64,000 nt of DNA from a virus. Below are positions 1 through 8,939 of the stretch, one piece after another. Location of the stretch: positions 2,547-66,546 of the IMG/VR virus record IMGVR_UViG_2667527373_000007. One strand, written 5' to 3'. The position numbers and the translations under genes are program-made. Position 1 is the first letter of the stretch. The number at the start of each line of letters is the position of its first letter. The notes under the pieces were generated by a model. That model had not been told where the DNA came from. It saw nothing but the letters and a program-made list of their open reading frames with translations, and made no database searches.

Positions 1-314
1 TCATAATCAACGGTGAATGCTGTAGGGTTATTTGCGTTTGAATGATTAGCAGATTGTCGCTTATCATTAAAATGTAATAGTAAGATACCATAATGAATTA
101 TCTTTATGATATCCTTACGTGCTGATCCTTTACGATCATATCGTGATGCATATTTTAACACATTGCTTCTGCAAAATGCTTCTGCATCCCCTACTGAATC
201 AATGAGGTCAAGAGTCTGAACGTTGCCGACAGAATAATGACCTCTATAAGTTTGTCCAATATAATCTTGGATCTCCTTTAGGAGTTCATCTTCATTATAC
301 TTCACGGATTCCAT
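1..314 (-). CDS. DUF3310-like hypothetical protein (3' end runs off window)
   Basis: Manual translation from ATG at 314: MESVKYNEDELLKEIQDYIGQTYRGHYSVGNVQTLDLIDSVGDAEAFCRSNVLKYASRYDRKGSARKDIIKIIHYGILLLHF...; the HY...D.I...AFC..N.LKY..R..RKG...D..K..HY pattern is typical of DUF3310-like phage proteins; no stop before the window edge, so absent from the ORF track. Confidence 0.7.
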   Translation of the reverse strand, partial: MESVKYNEDELLKEIQDYIGQTYRGHYSVGNVQTLDLIDSVGDAEAFCRSNVLKYASRYDRKGSARKDIIKIIHYGILLLHFNDKRQSANHSNANNPTAFTVDY

Positions 315-481
315 ACGTATTGTATCTTATCATGATAACACTCTATTGGATTTCCGTCAAGGTCCAATAAACGAATTTTATGTAAAGGACTAGAGGGAGT
401 TCCTACTCCCTCTAAAATTCTACCAGACCTACCATCAGTAAGAGTAGCGTAATGTCCTAGATAACCATTCTTACTCGTCAT
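302..481 (-). CDS. small hypothetical protein (59 aa)
   Basis: Manual translation MTSKNGYLGHYATLTDGRSGRILEGVGTPSSPLHKIRLLDLDGNPIECYHDKIQYVWNP; fills the gap exactly and overlaps both neighbours by a few codons. Confidence 0.6.
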   Translation of the reverse strand: MTSKNGYLGHYATLTDGRSGRILEGVGTPSSPLHKIRLLDLDGNPIECYHDKIQYVWNP

Positions 482-725
482 TGTTTCTCCTTTCTATTCT
501 TAATTGTGCTGCTCTTGCTTCATCATTAAATTCAATATTTAGAGCAAAGGATTCATCCTGCCTTACAGATGCAAGTGCTATTTTTCTCACTTTACTATTC
601 TTTTCAAGTTGAGATTTATTTAAAGTGGTACGTCCAAGTTCATGCCACTCTCTAATAGTATCTGACTGAGAAACAATAAATTTTAACTCTTCCTTAGTGA
701 AATTAACGATAGCGGATTTTGCCAT
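471..725 (-). CDS. hypothetical protein (84 aa)
   Basis: ORF track; co-oriented and directly downstream of the AAA ATPase; N-terminus loosely resembles HNH endonuclease leaders but there is no catalytic motif. Confidence 0.5.
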   Translation of the reverse strand: MAKSAIVNFTKEELKFIVSQSDTIREWHELGRTTLNKSQLEKNSKVRKIALASVRQDESFALNIEFNDEARAAQLRIERRNNDE

Positions 726-763
726 AATAAAAATTGCGGTGGGATATGTGGAGAAAGAAGAGA

Positions 764-1876
764 TTAATCCTCCTCTTCCTCAGTGTTTACTTCTGCATCT
801 ATCTTATCATATAATTCGATGAATGACTGTTTAGTTTCATCATCAAATCTATTTACACAAACTTTGATTGCTTTAAGACGATCTTGCCAGATAGCAAAGG
901 CACGAATGATGTGTACAAGACGACGAGTTGAAATAACTTCATCTATACCACCATCCTTAAATGTTCTGCGAATGATGTCAGACCAGTTAGCAAGATTAGC
1001 ACAGAACTTCTCATCAAGTACACCTAAATTAGCAGCAATCTTCTCAAGGATTCTCTGCTCAGTCTTAGGAGTAGGATATTCTTGCTCAAAGGTTAAAGCG
1101 AATCTCTCAAGGAATGCTTCGTTAAGAACATTGGTTCCTATGAATCTTCCATCGTCTGAACCCTTACCTTTTGTGTTTGCTGTTGCAATAACATTAAAGC
1201 CTGGTGCTTTCTTAACATACTTACCAATCTTCTTCAAGAACACACCTTTGCCTTCAAGAATGGATTGTAAGCATAGTATCTTGTTACTCGCCAAGTCAAC
1301 TTCATCGAGTAGCAAGACAGCTCCTCTTTCGAGTGCTTCCACGACAGGTCCGTTATGCCAAACAGTTGACCCATCAACAAGACGGAACCCACCAATAAGA
1401 TCATCTTCATCAGTTTCAATAGTAATGTTTACACGAATCAATTCTCTACCAAGAGCAGCACATGCTTGTTCTACTGATAATGTTTTACCGTTACCTGATA
1501 ATCCTGTAATAAATGTAGGATAAAAAATCTTAGAACTAATAATTCTCTTAAGATCAGAGAAGTTACCAAACGGTACATAGTTTGGATCTTTTTGTGGAAC
1601 CAGATTTCTATCTTGTACAGCAGGTTCTACAGTAGGTTGCTCAATTGCTTTCTCTAATATCTCACGACCTTCTTCTACGGTTAACTTCCACTTCCCACTA
1701 TTGATACCACCTATTCTTGATGCAGTTGGAATCTTCTTTAAGCGAGAAGTAATACTTTGTTTTTGTACTCCAAACTTATCACTAGCAAGAGAAACTTCTT
1801 TACTAGAAATCTCAGGACCAAATTCTGAAAAGAAATCTAATAGGTCTTCATTGGAGAATGTTGATGTGAAAGGCAT
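764..1876 (-). CDS. cobS: MoxR/CobS-family AAA+ ATPase
   Basis: Walker A GLSGNGKT, Walker B VLLLDE, TETDEDDLIGG, ATANTKGKG and NEAFLERF motifs; cyanophage core 'CobS'. Confidence 0.9.
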   Translation of the reverse strand: MPFTSTFSNEDLLDFFSEFGPEISSKEVSLASDKFGVQKQSITSRLKKIPTASRIGGINSGKWKLTVEEGREILEKAIEQPTVEPAVQDRNLVPQKDPNYVPFGNFSDLKRIISSKIFYPTFITGLSGNGKTLSVEQACAALGRELIRVNITIETDEDDLIGGFRLVDGSTVWHNGPVVEALERGAVLLLDEVDLASNKILCLQSILEGKGVFLKKIGKYVKKAPGFNVIATANTKGKGSDDGRFIGTNVLNEAFLERFALTFEQEYPTPKTEQRILEKIAANLGVLDEKFCANLANWSDIIRRTFKDGGIDEVISTRRLVHIIRAFAIWQDRLKAIKVCVNRFDDETKQSFIELYDKIDAEVNTEEEED

Positions 1877-1902
1877 TAATAAAATTTTGTTTGTATGAAT
1901 AT

Positions 1903-1957
1903 AGTATAATGTATCTTAGAGAGAATGGGGAAGGTTGTAGACACTTCCCCAACTGTC
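1903..1957 (-). promoter_or_regulatory. putative promoter: GACAGTT-N3-GAAGTGTC box plus TATACT -10 element
   Basis: Minus strand GACAGTTGGGGAAGTGTC (1957-1940), 31-nt spacer, TATACT (1908-1903), upstream of cobS; the same layout occurs at 4235-4290. Confidence 0.5.
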
Positions 1958-4211
1958 ATGATACGTGTCCAATAAAGGATGATAATAACTTCTTATTAGA
2001 AGACTTACTCTTAAGCATTTTCTTAAATGCTCTGGTTATCTGTCCTTTAGTTGCATCTTCTGCAACTTCAAATTCAGCATCATCATCTAATGCATTATTA
2101 GCAATAGCATAAAGAGCAGTGAATGACATTGGATTAGGAATGATCGCTGACTTCTCTTTTTTCCATTGCTTTTGTACTTCATCATAAGATGTTTCTCTAG
2201 TACCATATCTACCAACAAAACTTGATAGATCTCTTGCTGCTAGAATACGAAATCCTAAGATAGAAACTTCTGGAAAACGATCTCTGACTTGCTGTATAAA
2301 AGTAGAAGTAACTTGAGACCAACAACCATCAAATGGCTTGTATACTCTACCAGTTTGACGATCACGTAAGCAAGTATTGTAATCAACTCTACCAGGTCTA
2401 ACGTTATAATCTTCAGAATACTCTTTGTTAATCTTTCTACCATAACTTGCATGATGTGATTCACCATCAGTTAATACACAAACATTAACTTTCTGTAGAT
2501 CATTCTTCCTCTTGAAATCTGGAATCAAATAGTTTAGCATTACCAATGCTTCATTTAATGGTGTTCCAGATAAACCAAAACCAGGAGTAGGTTGATAAGA
2601 AACTCTATGACGATAACAATATGCTTCTCTGAAAAGATTAAGACACATACGATCATAATTCTTAGAATTAGATCTTGATGAAATTACATTTACTAAATCA
2701 AACTGTCTATCATCTAGATACACTTCATTTACTTTAAGAGATTTAAAATCACGACTACCGTAAGTATCATACCATCCACTATACGGTTGATCTTCTGCTG
2801 GTTCACCATTAACAATTGAATTCTTTGCTATGAACCAATCATTAGTAAAAGCATATACTTCAAATGGGATTTGAACTTTCTTACAGAATGAAGTTAAATT
2901 AATTAACTGCTTAACTGTAGCAAGTATCTCCTGTGACATTGAACCAGACCAATCTAAAAGAAAGATCATTCCATGATTCTTTCCATCAGGAAGAACAGTT
3001 ATCTTCCGAAAAATATCTTCACTGAATTTATATTCATGAAGCTTCGTTGTAGAGAGAACCCCAGTACGAGCTGTACTAGCACGAGCATAACTATCAGCTG
3101 ATTTCCTACACTCAAACTCCTTAACGAGATAATTGACTTCTTTAGTTGATCCCTTTTTGAATGCTCTGTATTCTTCATCTGGATGTTTATATGGAAAATA
3201 ATCTGAATCTGGGAAACGTTCACCAACTGATTTAATATATGCTTCACGTTGGAAATCTATCCAATCATGTACATCAGACCAGTCAGTTACATATGTATCT
3301 AAGTTTACTTTATTTGGAATCTCAATGTAATTAAGATCAGATAGATGTGAATTAGGACGAGAAAGTTCTTTTGTTAATTGATCAAATGCTCTTTGAGTTT
3401 CTGACTCACCACGCTCACCACCTGCTTTACCAGAACCATCTTTGGTTGGTTCATCGGATGCTGGTTCTGCATTAGGTGAACTAGAACTTCCTCCTTCATA
3501 ACTAGGTGTATCTAAATCAGCAGGATCATCTTTTCCATTTCCTTCTTTAGTTAATTCTTCTACTAATTCTTCATCACTCATATCTTCAGGATCCTTCTTA
3601 CCAGAACCTTGTTGAGCTGCTGCCATCTCAGCATTTAAATCTTCTGCATCTTCCATTGCTTCCTTATCTTTCTGATTCTGCCAATCATATATTCTCTTTG
3701 CAACTTCTAGAACCTCATCAAAAGTCTCAGTAGATTCAACAGCATCTACAAATTGCTTCTCATCATCCTCAAAAGGAATAAGAGAATGAGCACCAACCTT
3801 AAAGTGAAGATTGATACGATCAATAAGATTGTAATTCTCTAGATCTTTACCTTCTGTACCAAAGAAATCTTGATCATTTAATTCTGTATATCCTCTTGCA
3901 AAACTTTTCTTAAGACCAGGATACTTACGCTTCATCAATTTCTCGATACGAGCATCCTCACATATGTTAACGTAATCCATAGAGCAATCTACATCTGCTC
4001 TCCAGTCTCTATTTGGAGTGAACAAAGCATGTCCTACTTCATGTCCAACCAACATGTCATAAACATCATTGGTTGCTAGATCCCAAAGTGGCAATGTAAG
4101 TACGCGACGATCTACGTCAAACTGTGCGGTCTCACACTGTCTGTGCTCTACTACAAGATTTTCTGTTGCTAGTAGTTTAGCAAGGTTTCCTTTAACTTCG
4201 TTGCGTTGCAT
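1956..4211 (-). CDS. metallopeptidase-like (HExxH) / VWA (CobT-like) protein
   Basis: N-terminal HEVGH...EDARIE; acidic low-complexity linker; C-terminal MIDAS elements DWSGSM, GTPLNEAL, LTDGE. Confidence 0.85.
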   Translation of the reverse strand: MQRNEVKGNLAKLLATENLVVEHRQCETAQFDVDRRVLTLPLWDLATNDVYDMLVGHEVGHALFTPNRDWRADVDCSMDYVNICEDARIEKLMKRKYPGLKKSFARGYTELNDQDFFGTEGKDLENYNLIDRINLHFKVGAHSLIPFEDDEKQFVDAVESTETFDEVLEVAKRIYDWQNQKDKEAMEDAEDLNAEMAAAQQGSGKKDPEDMSDEELVEELTKEGNGKDDPADLDTPSYEGGSSSSPNAEPASDEPTKDGSGKAGGERGESETQRAFDQLTKELSRPNSHLSDLNYIEIPNKVNLDTYVTDWSDVHDWIDFQREAYIKSVGERFPDSDYFPYKHPDEEYRAFKKGSTKEVNYLVKEFECRKSADSYARASTARTGVLSTTKLHEYKFSEDIFRKITVLPDGKNHGMIFLLDWSGSMSQEILATVKQLINLTSFCKKVQIPFEVYAFTNDWFIAKNSIVNGEPAEDQPYSGWYDTYGSRDFKSLKVNEVYLDDRQFDLVNVISSRSNSKNYDRMCLNLFREAYCYRHRVSYQPTPGFGLSGTPLNEALVMLNYLIPDFKRKNDLQKVNVCVLTDGESHHASYGRKINKEYSEDYNVRPGRVDYNTCLRDRQTGRVYKPFDGCWSQVTSTFIQQVRDRFPEVSILGFRILAARDLSSFVGRYGTRETSYDEVQKQWKKEKSAIIPNPMSFTALYAIANNALDDDAEFEVAEDATKGQITRAFKKMLKSKSSNKKLLSSFIGHVS

Positions 4212-4234
4212 TCGATCTCTTTGTTGATGTACAC

Positions 4235-4290
4235 ATCATAGCAAAAAAATATGCTAGCCAACCAGTCCATGTGTCACTTCGTTAACTGTC
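4235..4290 (-). promoter_or_regulatory. putative promoter: GACAGTT-N3-GAAGTGAC box plus TATGAT -10 element
   Basis: Minus strand GACAGTTAACGAAGTGAC (4290-4273), 32-nt spacer, TATGAT (4240-4235), upstream of the peptidase-VWA gene. Confidence 0.5.
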
Positions 4291-5999
4291 TCCTTAAGGA
4301 TAGAAAAATTCTTATCCTTCTCAGCAGTGATAGTCCTATCAAATTTATCGTTCATAGCTTCCTTGTGACTGATCACAAATACATTAGTGCTATCATCGAA
4401 ATTACGTAAGACCCAACCAAGATCAGAAGAACCAGATTGGTCAAGCGAGCCGTCAAATATTTCATCTAGAATAAGTAAATTAGTGTCAACACTATTCTTA
4501 AGCTTAGCAATACTACGCCAAGTAAGCAACAGAGCAATATCAATACGAGCTTTTTCTCCCTCGCTAAAGCTGTCATATGTAAATACGTCCCTGTACCTAC
4601 TCTTAATTATTTCTTCAAAGTTCTCAGTAAGTGTAAAATTAACATAAAAGTCCATACTTTGTAAGAAATTGTTAATTAACTTATTCATTGTAGGAAGATA
4701 TGTTTTGATAATTCTAGTCTTGATACCATTGTCCTTTAGCAGTTGTCCTGCTGCTAGAATAACATCACGATCCTTTTTAACATTAGAATGATCTTTTAAT
4801 AATCCTTTTTTATCTTTTACCAAACCCTCTAACTTAACAAACTCTGCCTTTTTATCTGGATTAGATCCTTCTAGTTCTTTAATTTCTTTATCTAGATCAC
4901 TGATTCCTTTTCGTATTGTAGTAATCTGATAGTTCGCTTGAGTAATAGAAGAGTTGCGGCTAAGTACATCTTGCGATAGTTTTGTGAACTCATCTTCTCT
5001 CTCCTCTTCTTTTTTAATTGCAACTGCAAGATCATCTAACCCTGTATTCAAACTATTTAACTCATCCTCACCTTCCTTTATCTTACTTTCTCTAAACTCC
5101 TCAGTTAACACCTGTGTACATGTAGGACATACATGATTGTCCTTAAAGAAACCATGCTCTTTCTTGGCAGCAGATAACTTACCCTGAATTTTAGTAAGGA
5201 AAGTATTTAATTTCTTAAGTTTTACTTTAGAATCGGACAACTCCTCCATCTCTTTGGATAGTTTTTCCACAGCTTCTGTGAGTTTGTGAATTTCTTCTGT
5301 ACTTTTTACCTCATCTTTCTGTAATTCCTTAATCTTTTCTTTCTTTTTATCTATCTCTTCTTGATTTCTCTTCTCAAGAGTAAGCATATGTTGCTTCTGA
5401 AGGTCTATCTTCTCCTCTAAAAGATGTATTTGATAATCAAATTCCTTAATCTCTTCATTATTCTCTCTAGTTTTATCTCTAAGAAGTAGATTCATTGTGG
5501 AAAACACTTGAATATCAAGTATATCTTCTATGATATCTCTACGTTGTGTAGTAGGAAGACGCATAAAAGGAACAAATGTACTTGACCCTAACACTACAAT
5601 CTGTGTAAAGGATTTATAATTTAATTTTAATATATTTTTTTCTAAATTCTTTTGCTGTTCTACTACTGTTGACTCTTGATTAAAAATATTACCATTACAA
5701 TAGATCTCAAACTTATTAGGTTTGATACCACGAATTACTTTATAGTCTAACTTGCCAATAGAAAACTCAATCTCTGTCATACAGTCTTTCTCATTGACAC
5801 TGTTGACAAGCATACCTTTAGTAATCTTTCTAAAAGGCTTTCCAAAGAGAGAAAAGGTCAACGCATCTAAGATGGTTGACTTGCCAGCACCGTTAGTACC
5901 TACTATCAAATTTGTTCGCGCCCCTTGGAGATCCACTTCACTAAACACATTACCTGTACTTAGAAAATTTTTCCAACGAACCTTTTTAAAAATAATCAT
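4254..5999 (-). CDS. gp46: recombination endonuclease ATPase subunit (Rad50/SbcC-like)
   Basis: Walker A GTNGAGKST, coiled coil with CPTC zinc hook, signature FSEGEK, LLILDEIFD, ISH. Confidence 0.95.
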   Translation of the reverse strand: MIIFKKVRWKNFLSTGNVFSEVDLQGARTNLIVGTNGAGKSTILDALTFSLFGKPFRKITKGMLVNSVNEKDCMTEIEFSIGKLDYKVIRGIKPNKFEIYCNGNIFNQESTVVEQQKNLEKNILKLNYKSFTQIVVLGSSTFVPFMRLPTTQRRDIIEDILDIQVFSTMNLLLRDKTRENNEEIKEFDYQIHLLEEKIDLQKQHMLTLEKRNQEEIDKKKEKIKELQKDEVKSTEEIHKLTEAVEKLSKEMEELSDSKVKLKKLNTFLTKIQGKLSAAKKEHGFFKDNHVCPTCTQVLTEEFRESKIKEGEDELNSLNTGLDDLAVAIKKEEEREDEFTKLSQDVLSRNSSITQANYQITTIRKGISDLDKEIKELEGSNPDKKAEFVKLEGLVKDKKGLLKDHSNVKKDRDVILAAGQLLKDNGIKTRIIKTYLPTMNKLINNFLQSMDFYVNFTLTENFEEIIKSRYRDVFTYDSFSEGEKARIDIALLLTWRSIAKLKNSVDTNLLILDEIFDGSLDQSGSSDLGWVLRNFDDSTNVFVISHKEAMNDKFDRTITAEKDKNFSILKETVNEVTHGLVG

Positions 6000-6265
6000 T
6001 CTCTATCATCAGGTGGTATCAAAAAATCATCTGGTGTAACAATTAAAAATCTTTGTCCTCGTTGCTGACAAGCATTAATCATTTCCTGTCCTTCTATTTC
6101 TAGAATTTCCATGCTTGGTAAATCAGTACCCTCTTTGAAATCTAACATTTCAAGATATCTATCGGCATCATCCTCTTGTTCAAATATTGGAACAACCCGA
6201 TTATTGTTGTCATCATAAACAGAATAAACACCTTCTGGTTTATCTTGTAACGTAACAATAAACAT
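5996..6265 (-). CDS. hypothetical protein between gp47 and gp46
   Basis: 89-aa ORF translationally coupled to both neighbours. Confidence 0.75.
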   Translation of the reverse strand: MFIVTLQDKPEGVYSVYDDNNNRVVPIFEQEDDADRYLEMLDFKEGTDLPSMEILEIEGQEMINACQQRGQRFLIVTPDDFLIPPDDRE

Positions 6266-7311
6266 TAGATTACCTCACAACTCTCAGTATATAGTGAATG
6301 CATGAGGTTTTTCAAGTCTGATTTATCTACGGACATCTCGACTTCATCAATGTATTCATTAAGTAGTGTCAAGGTATCTTTAGTCTCTAGATCAGTATCA
6401 TCAATGTCATCATCATGTACCAAAGTCTCTACGACTTTAACATCATGAACTCCTACATTGTATAAACGATCAACCAGTGTCTCGAACATCTGGTAATCCC
6501 GCTTTTCTTCGACCACAAGTTTGATGAACTTGTCTTTATAATACTGCACATCGTGTTTGTTGTAGTCGTTTTCTGTGTCCCTGTAATAAATTTTTTCAAA
6601 AATTTGATGGGGGTTCTCCACAAACTTGAGTCTATTACTTTCAGTGTCGTATATATGAAACCCACGACTATCCTTGTAATCATTCCAAAACATCTGATAA
6701 GGGTTGCCTAAGTAATGAACGTTTCCTCTCTTAGACCTATGGTGAAAATGTCCAGACCATACACGTTCAAACTTTTTAAATGCACTCAGTCCTAATGCCT
6801 GTGAGTTCTCATAGAACATACCAGGTGTGACTTCAAATCCATTGATCTCAAGATGTCCACATACAATAGTAGCATCTGTATCTTCTAAGGATTGCATTGC
6901 TTTATCTTTATTACCAGCATTGATCCAAGGAAGCATCATAAACTTCTTGCTATCAATCTGTAATTCTTTTGGTTCAGTATAGAGAGTTATGTTCTTATAC
7001 TGTTCCAGTAATAACTCTGGTGAATTAATCTTATTTGTATTTTTATAATACGTGGTATGATTACCAAGTATCATGTGTACATCATACTTTGCAAGTCGGT
7101 CAAAATAATTTTCCTTAATCCGAGCAAGAGTATTATAGTCCATAGACTTTCGGTTATCAAATGTATCGCCCAAATCAAAGACGCAAGTGATATTCTCTCG
7201 TTCGAGAGTAGGAAAAAATATTTCATCATAAAATTTTTGAAAGTAGTTCCAGAATGCTAGTGAACCTTTACGACCATCTAAATGTTGATCGGTTATAATT
7301 GCAATCTTCAT
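6265..7311 (-). CDS. gp47: recombination endonuclease nuclease subunit (Mre11/SbcD-like)
   Basis: Phosphoesterase motifs ITDQHLD, LGDTFD, LGNH, GHLE, SGHFH. Confidence 0.95.
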   Translation of the reverse strand: MKIAIITDQHLDGRKGSLAFWNYFQKFYDEIFFPTLERENITCVFDLGDTFDNRKSMDYNTLARIKENYFDRLAKYDVHMILGNHTTYYKNTNKINSPELLLEQYKNITLYTEPKELQIDSKKFMMLPWINAGNKDKAMQSLEDTDATIVCGHLEINGFEVTPGMFYENSQALGLSAFKKFERVWSGHFHHRSKRGNVHYLGNPYQMFWNDYKDSRGFHIYDTESNRLKFVENPHQIFEKIYYRDTENDYNKHDVQYYKDKFIKLVVEEKRDYQMFETLVDRLYNVGVHDVKVVETLVHDDDIDDTDLETKDTLTLLNEYIDEVEMSVDKSDLKNLMHSLYTESCEVI

Positions 7312-7814
7312 ATTAGTTGATCTAAGGTATACAAACTAATCAATTCTAGTTCTTTGTCTAAAAAAGTAAAAGGATCATACTCCTTTCTATCTATGATAGA
7401 AACTACTTCCTTGACATAATAACCAGCATCTCTCAATTTTTCTACTGCAAATATAGCAGAGCCTCCTGTAGTAATCACATCCTCTAGGACAGTTATTTCA
7501 GTGTCCACTGGATGATCTGGTCCTTCTATCCAAGCAGAAGTACCATGTCCTTTAGGTTCTTTGCGAACAATCTTCTGATCGAGTCCACCAAGAACACCAA
7601 CTCCACACACCAAAGGATCAGCACCGAGAGTCAAACCTCCTACTACCTTAGTCTTGATAACTTTAAGAAGTGCTTCTGAAGTTAACTTCAAACCTTCACC
7701 AGATAAAATGACAGGTTTGCAATTAACATAGTGTTCACTGGTTTTACCAGATGATAATTTAAACTCTCCTTTTCGATATGCTTTTTCTTTTAATAGATTT
7801 AAAAGTGGATCCAT
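7308..7814 (-). CDS. pyrE: orotate phosphoribosyltransferase
   Basis: GEFKLSSGKTSEHYVNCK, GGLTLGADP, VRKEPKGHGT and PRPP-binding VLEDVITTGGS motifs. Confidence 0.92.
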   Translation of the reverse strand: MDPLLNLLKEKAYRKGEFKLSSGKTSEHYVNCKPVILSGEGLKLTSEALLKVIKTKVVGGLTLGADPLVCGVGVLGGLDQKIVRKEPKGHGTSAWIEGPDHPVDTEITVLEDVITTGGSAIFAVEKLRDAGYYVKEVVSIIDRKEYDPFTFLDKELELISLYTLDQLI

Positions 7815-7900
7815 TTAGTGTCAATAGTATATACTGCTTTAGATTGTGGGTATAGTTCCCTTAGTTTTTTAATTATCTTTAACTGTATCTCTAGCATCAT
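7799..7900 (-). CDS. small hypothetical protein (33 aa)
   Basis: Manual translation MMLEIQLKIIKKLRELYPQSKAVYTIDTKWIHF; ATGA overlap with the gp55 stop; fills the gap to pyrE. Confidence 0.45.
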   Translation of the reverse strand: MMLEIQLKIIKKLRELYPQSKAVYTIDTKWIHF

Positions 7901-8400
7901 CGGTTAATTTTCGTTTGAATATTTTCTTTTATACTTCCCATATCAGAATGAGATGCATTCATACCAGTCATACTACCATCATATGAATCAGTATGCATAA
8001 CTTCATCATAACCAGAACGTTCTAATATCTTACCTTTAATTTCTAATTGCTTCTTTTCTTTCTGGATACGTCTTAAGAATGCATAGTATATAATCTGAGT
8101 GAAGTAAGCAAAAGGGTTCGTGGATTTCTCAGGATCAAAATTATCTATGTACTGCAAACAATTCTCAATGCCATCACAAATCATATCCTCCCGAAACATA
8201 TAGTTGACAAAGTTTGGTTTGTATGATAGATGTGTAGCAATCTTTAAAAAACACTCGCCAATATAATTTGTCACACGAGGTCGGGGATCCCCCACTTCCT
8301 TTGCTTTAAGAACTTTTGAGCGATACTCGCTTATAGCATAAAGAAACTCTTTATTATTAACATAGTATTCTGTCTTTTTTCTTGCCATTACTTTTGCCAC
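7897..8400 (-). CDS. gp55: late transcription sigma factor
   Basis: YYVNNKEF, YIGECFLKIATHLSYKPNFVNY..REDMICDGIENCLQYIDNFDPEKSTNPFAYFTQIIYYAFLRRI. Confidence 0.95.
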   Translation of the reverse strand: MAKVMARKKTEYYVNNKEFLYAISEYRSKVLKAKEVGDPRPRVTNYIGECFLKIATHLSYKPNFVNYMFREDMICDGIENCLQYIDNFDPEKSTNPFAYFTQIIYYAFLRRIQKEKKQLEIKGKILERSGYDEVMHTDSYDGSMTGMNASHSDMGSIKENIQTKINR

Positions 8401-8423
8401 GAATTGTTCGTATCACTGAATAT

Positions 8424-8452
8424 AGTGTAGCACGACGAATTGGATTTGTAAA
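8424..8452 (-). promoter_or_regulatory. sigma70-type promoter for gp55
   Basis: Minus strand TTTACA (8452-8447), 17 nt, TACACT (8429-8424). Confidence 0.6.
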
Positions 8453-8459
8453 GGGGGGC

Positions 8460-8488
8460 TTGACAAGGAACCATAAACGCAGTAGACT
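8460..8488 (+). promoter_or_regulatory. sigma70-type promoter on the plus strand (antisense orientation)
   Basis: TTGACA (8460-8465), 17 nt, TAGACT (8483-8488); back-to-back with the gp55 promoter. Confidence 0.55.
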
Positions 8489-8515
8489 AACCATGTTAAG
8501 GGTTCAAGGATGACT

Positions 8516-8938
8516 CTAGCTTTTTTTAAATATATCTTCTAAGGATCTTTTTTTATCCTGAATAGAACCTAAGTAACCTGACTTACGTGGGAGTTTGTTC
8601 CCTAGTTTAGTCAGGTTTTTTGCGTTCTCTATCCTACTTAAAGTCTGTTCATAAAATGTTTTAATAGTAGGATCCAATTCAGTCATTGTTAAAATATGAG
8701 TTTTATTAACAATGAACATTTCATCAAAGGTTGCCATTACCCATTCTCTAAGAGCGAACCCCGCGATCTCAACATTACCTTTCTTCTGTCTAGCCATCTC
8801 AACTTGCAGAGGTCTATTCATCACAACCTTATCATCATCAGGAAGATAGCATACTTGTGCAAGTACTTCTTCTCCTGATATTAATTTGACTGAAGCGTAG
8901 AATTCTTCTTCCGCTTTTTTTAGATCTGCCTCTGTCAT
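8516..8938 (-). CDS. hypothetical protein (Sm-like pattern) downstream of uvsW
   Basis: 140 aa; VKLISGEEVLAQV...P...W N-terminal pattern typical of T4-like Sm-fold hypotheticals. Confidence 0.75.
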   Translation of the reverse strand: MTEADLKKAEEEFYASVKLISGEEVLAQVCYLPDDDKVVMNRPLQVEMARQKKGNVEIAGFALREWVMATFDEMFIVNKTHILTMTELDPTIKTFYEQTLSRIENAKNLTKLGNKLPRKSGYLGSIQDKKRSLEDIFKKS

Positions 8939-8939
8939 T

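Noticed and set aside
471-725. Possible HNH homing endonuclease remnant
   Set aside because: Only a vague N-terminal resemblance; no HNH or GIY-YIG catalytic residues in any frame I could read.
783-1523. 246-aa plus-strand ORF and the many other plus-strand or alternative-frame ORFs in the track
   Set aside because: They are antisense or frame shadows of well-supported minus-strand genes, with no motifs and a Ser/Leu/Ile-rich shadow composition.
764-1876. Cobalamin biosynthesis auxiliary gene interpretation of cobS
   Set aside because: The motifs only show a MoxR-type AAA+ ATPase, and no cobN or other pathway genes are in the window.
7308-7814. pyrE inside the gp55-gp47-gp46 block as a novelty
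   Set aside because: Nucleotide-synthesis auxiliary genes are common in T4-like cyanophages, and nothing in this copy looks unusual.
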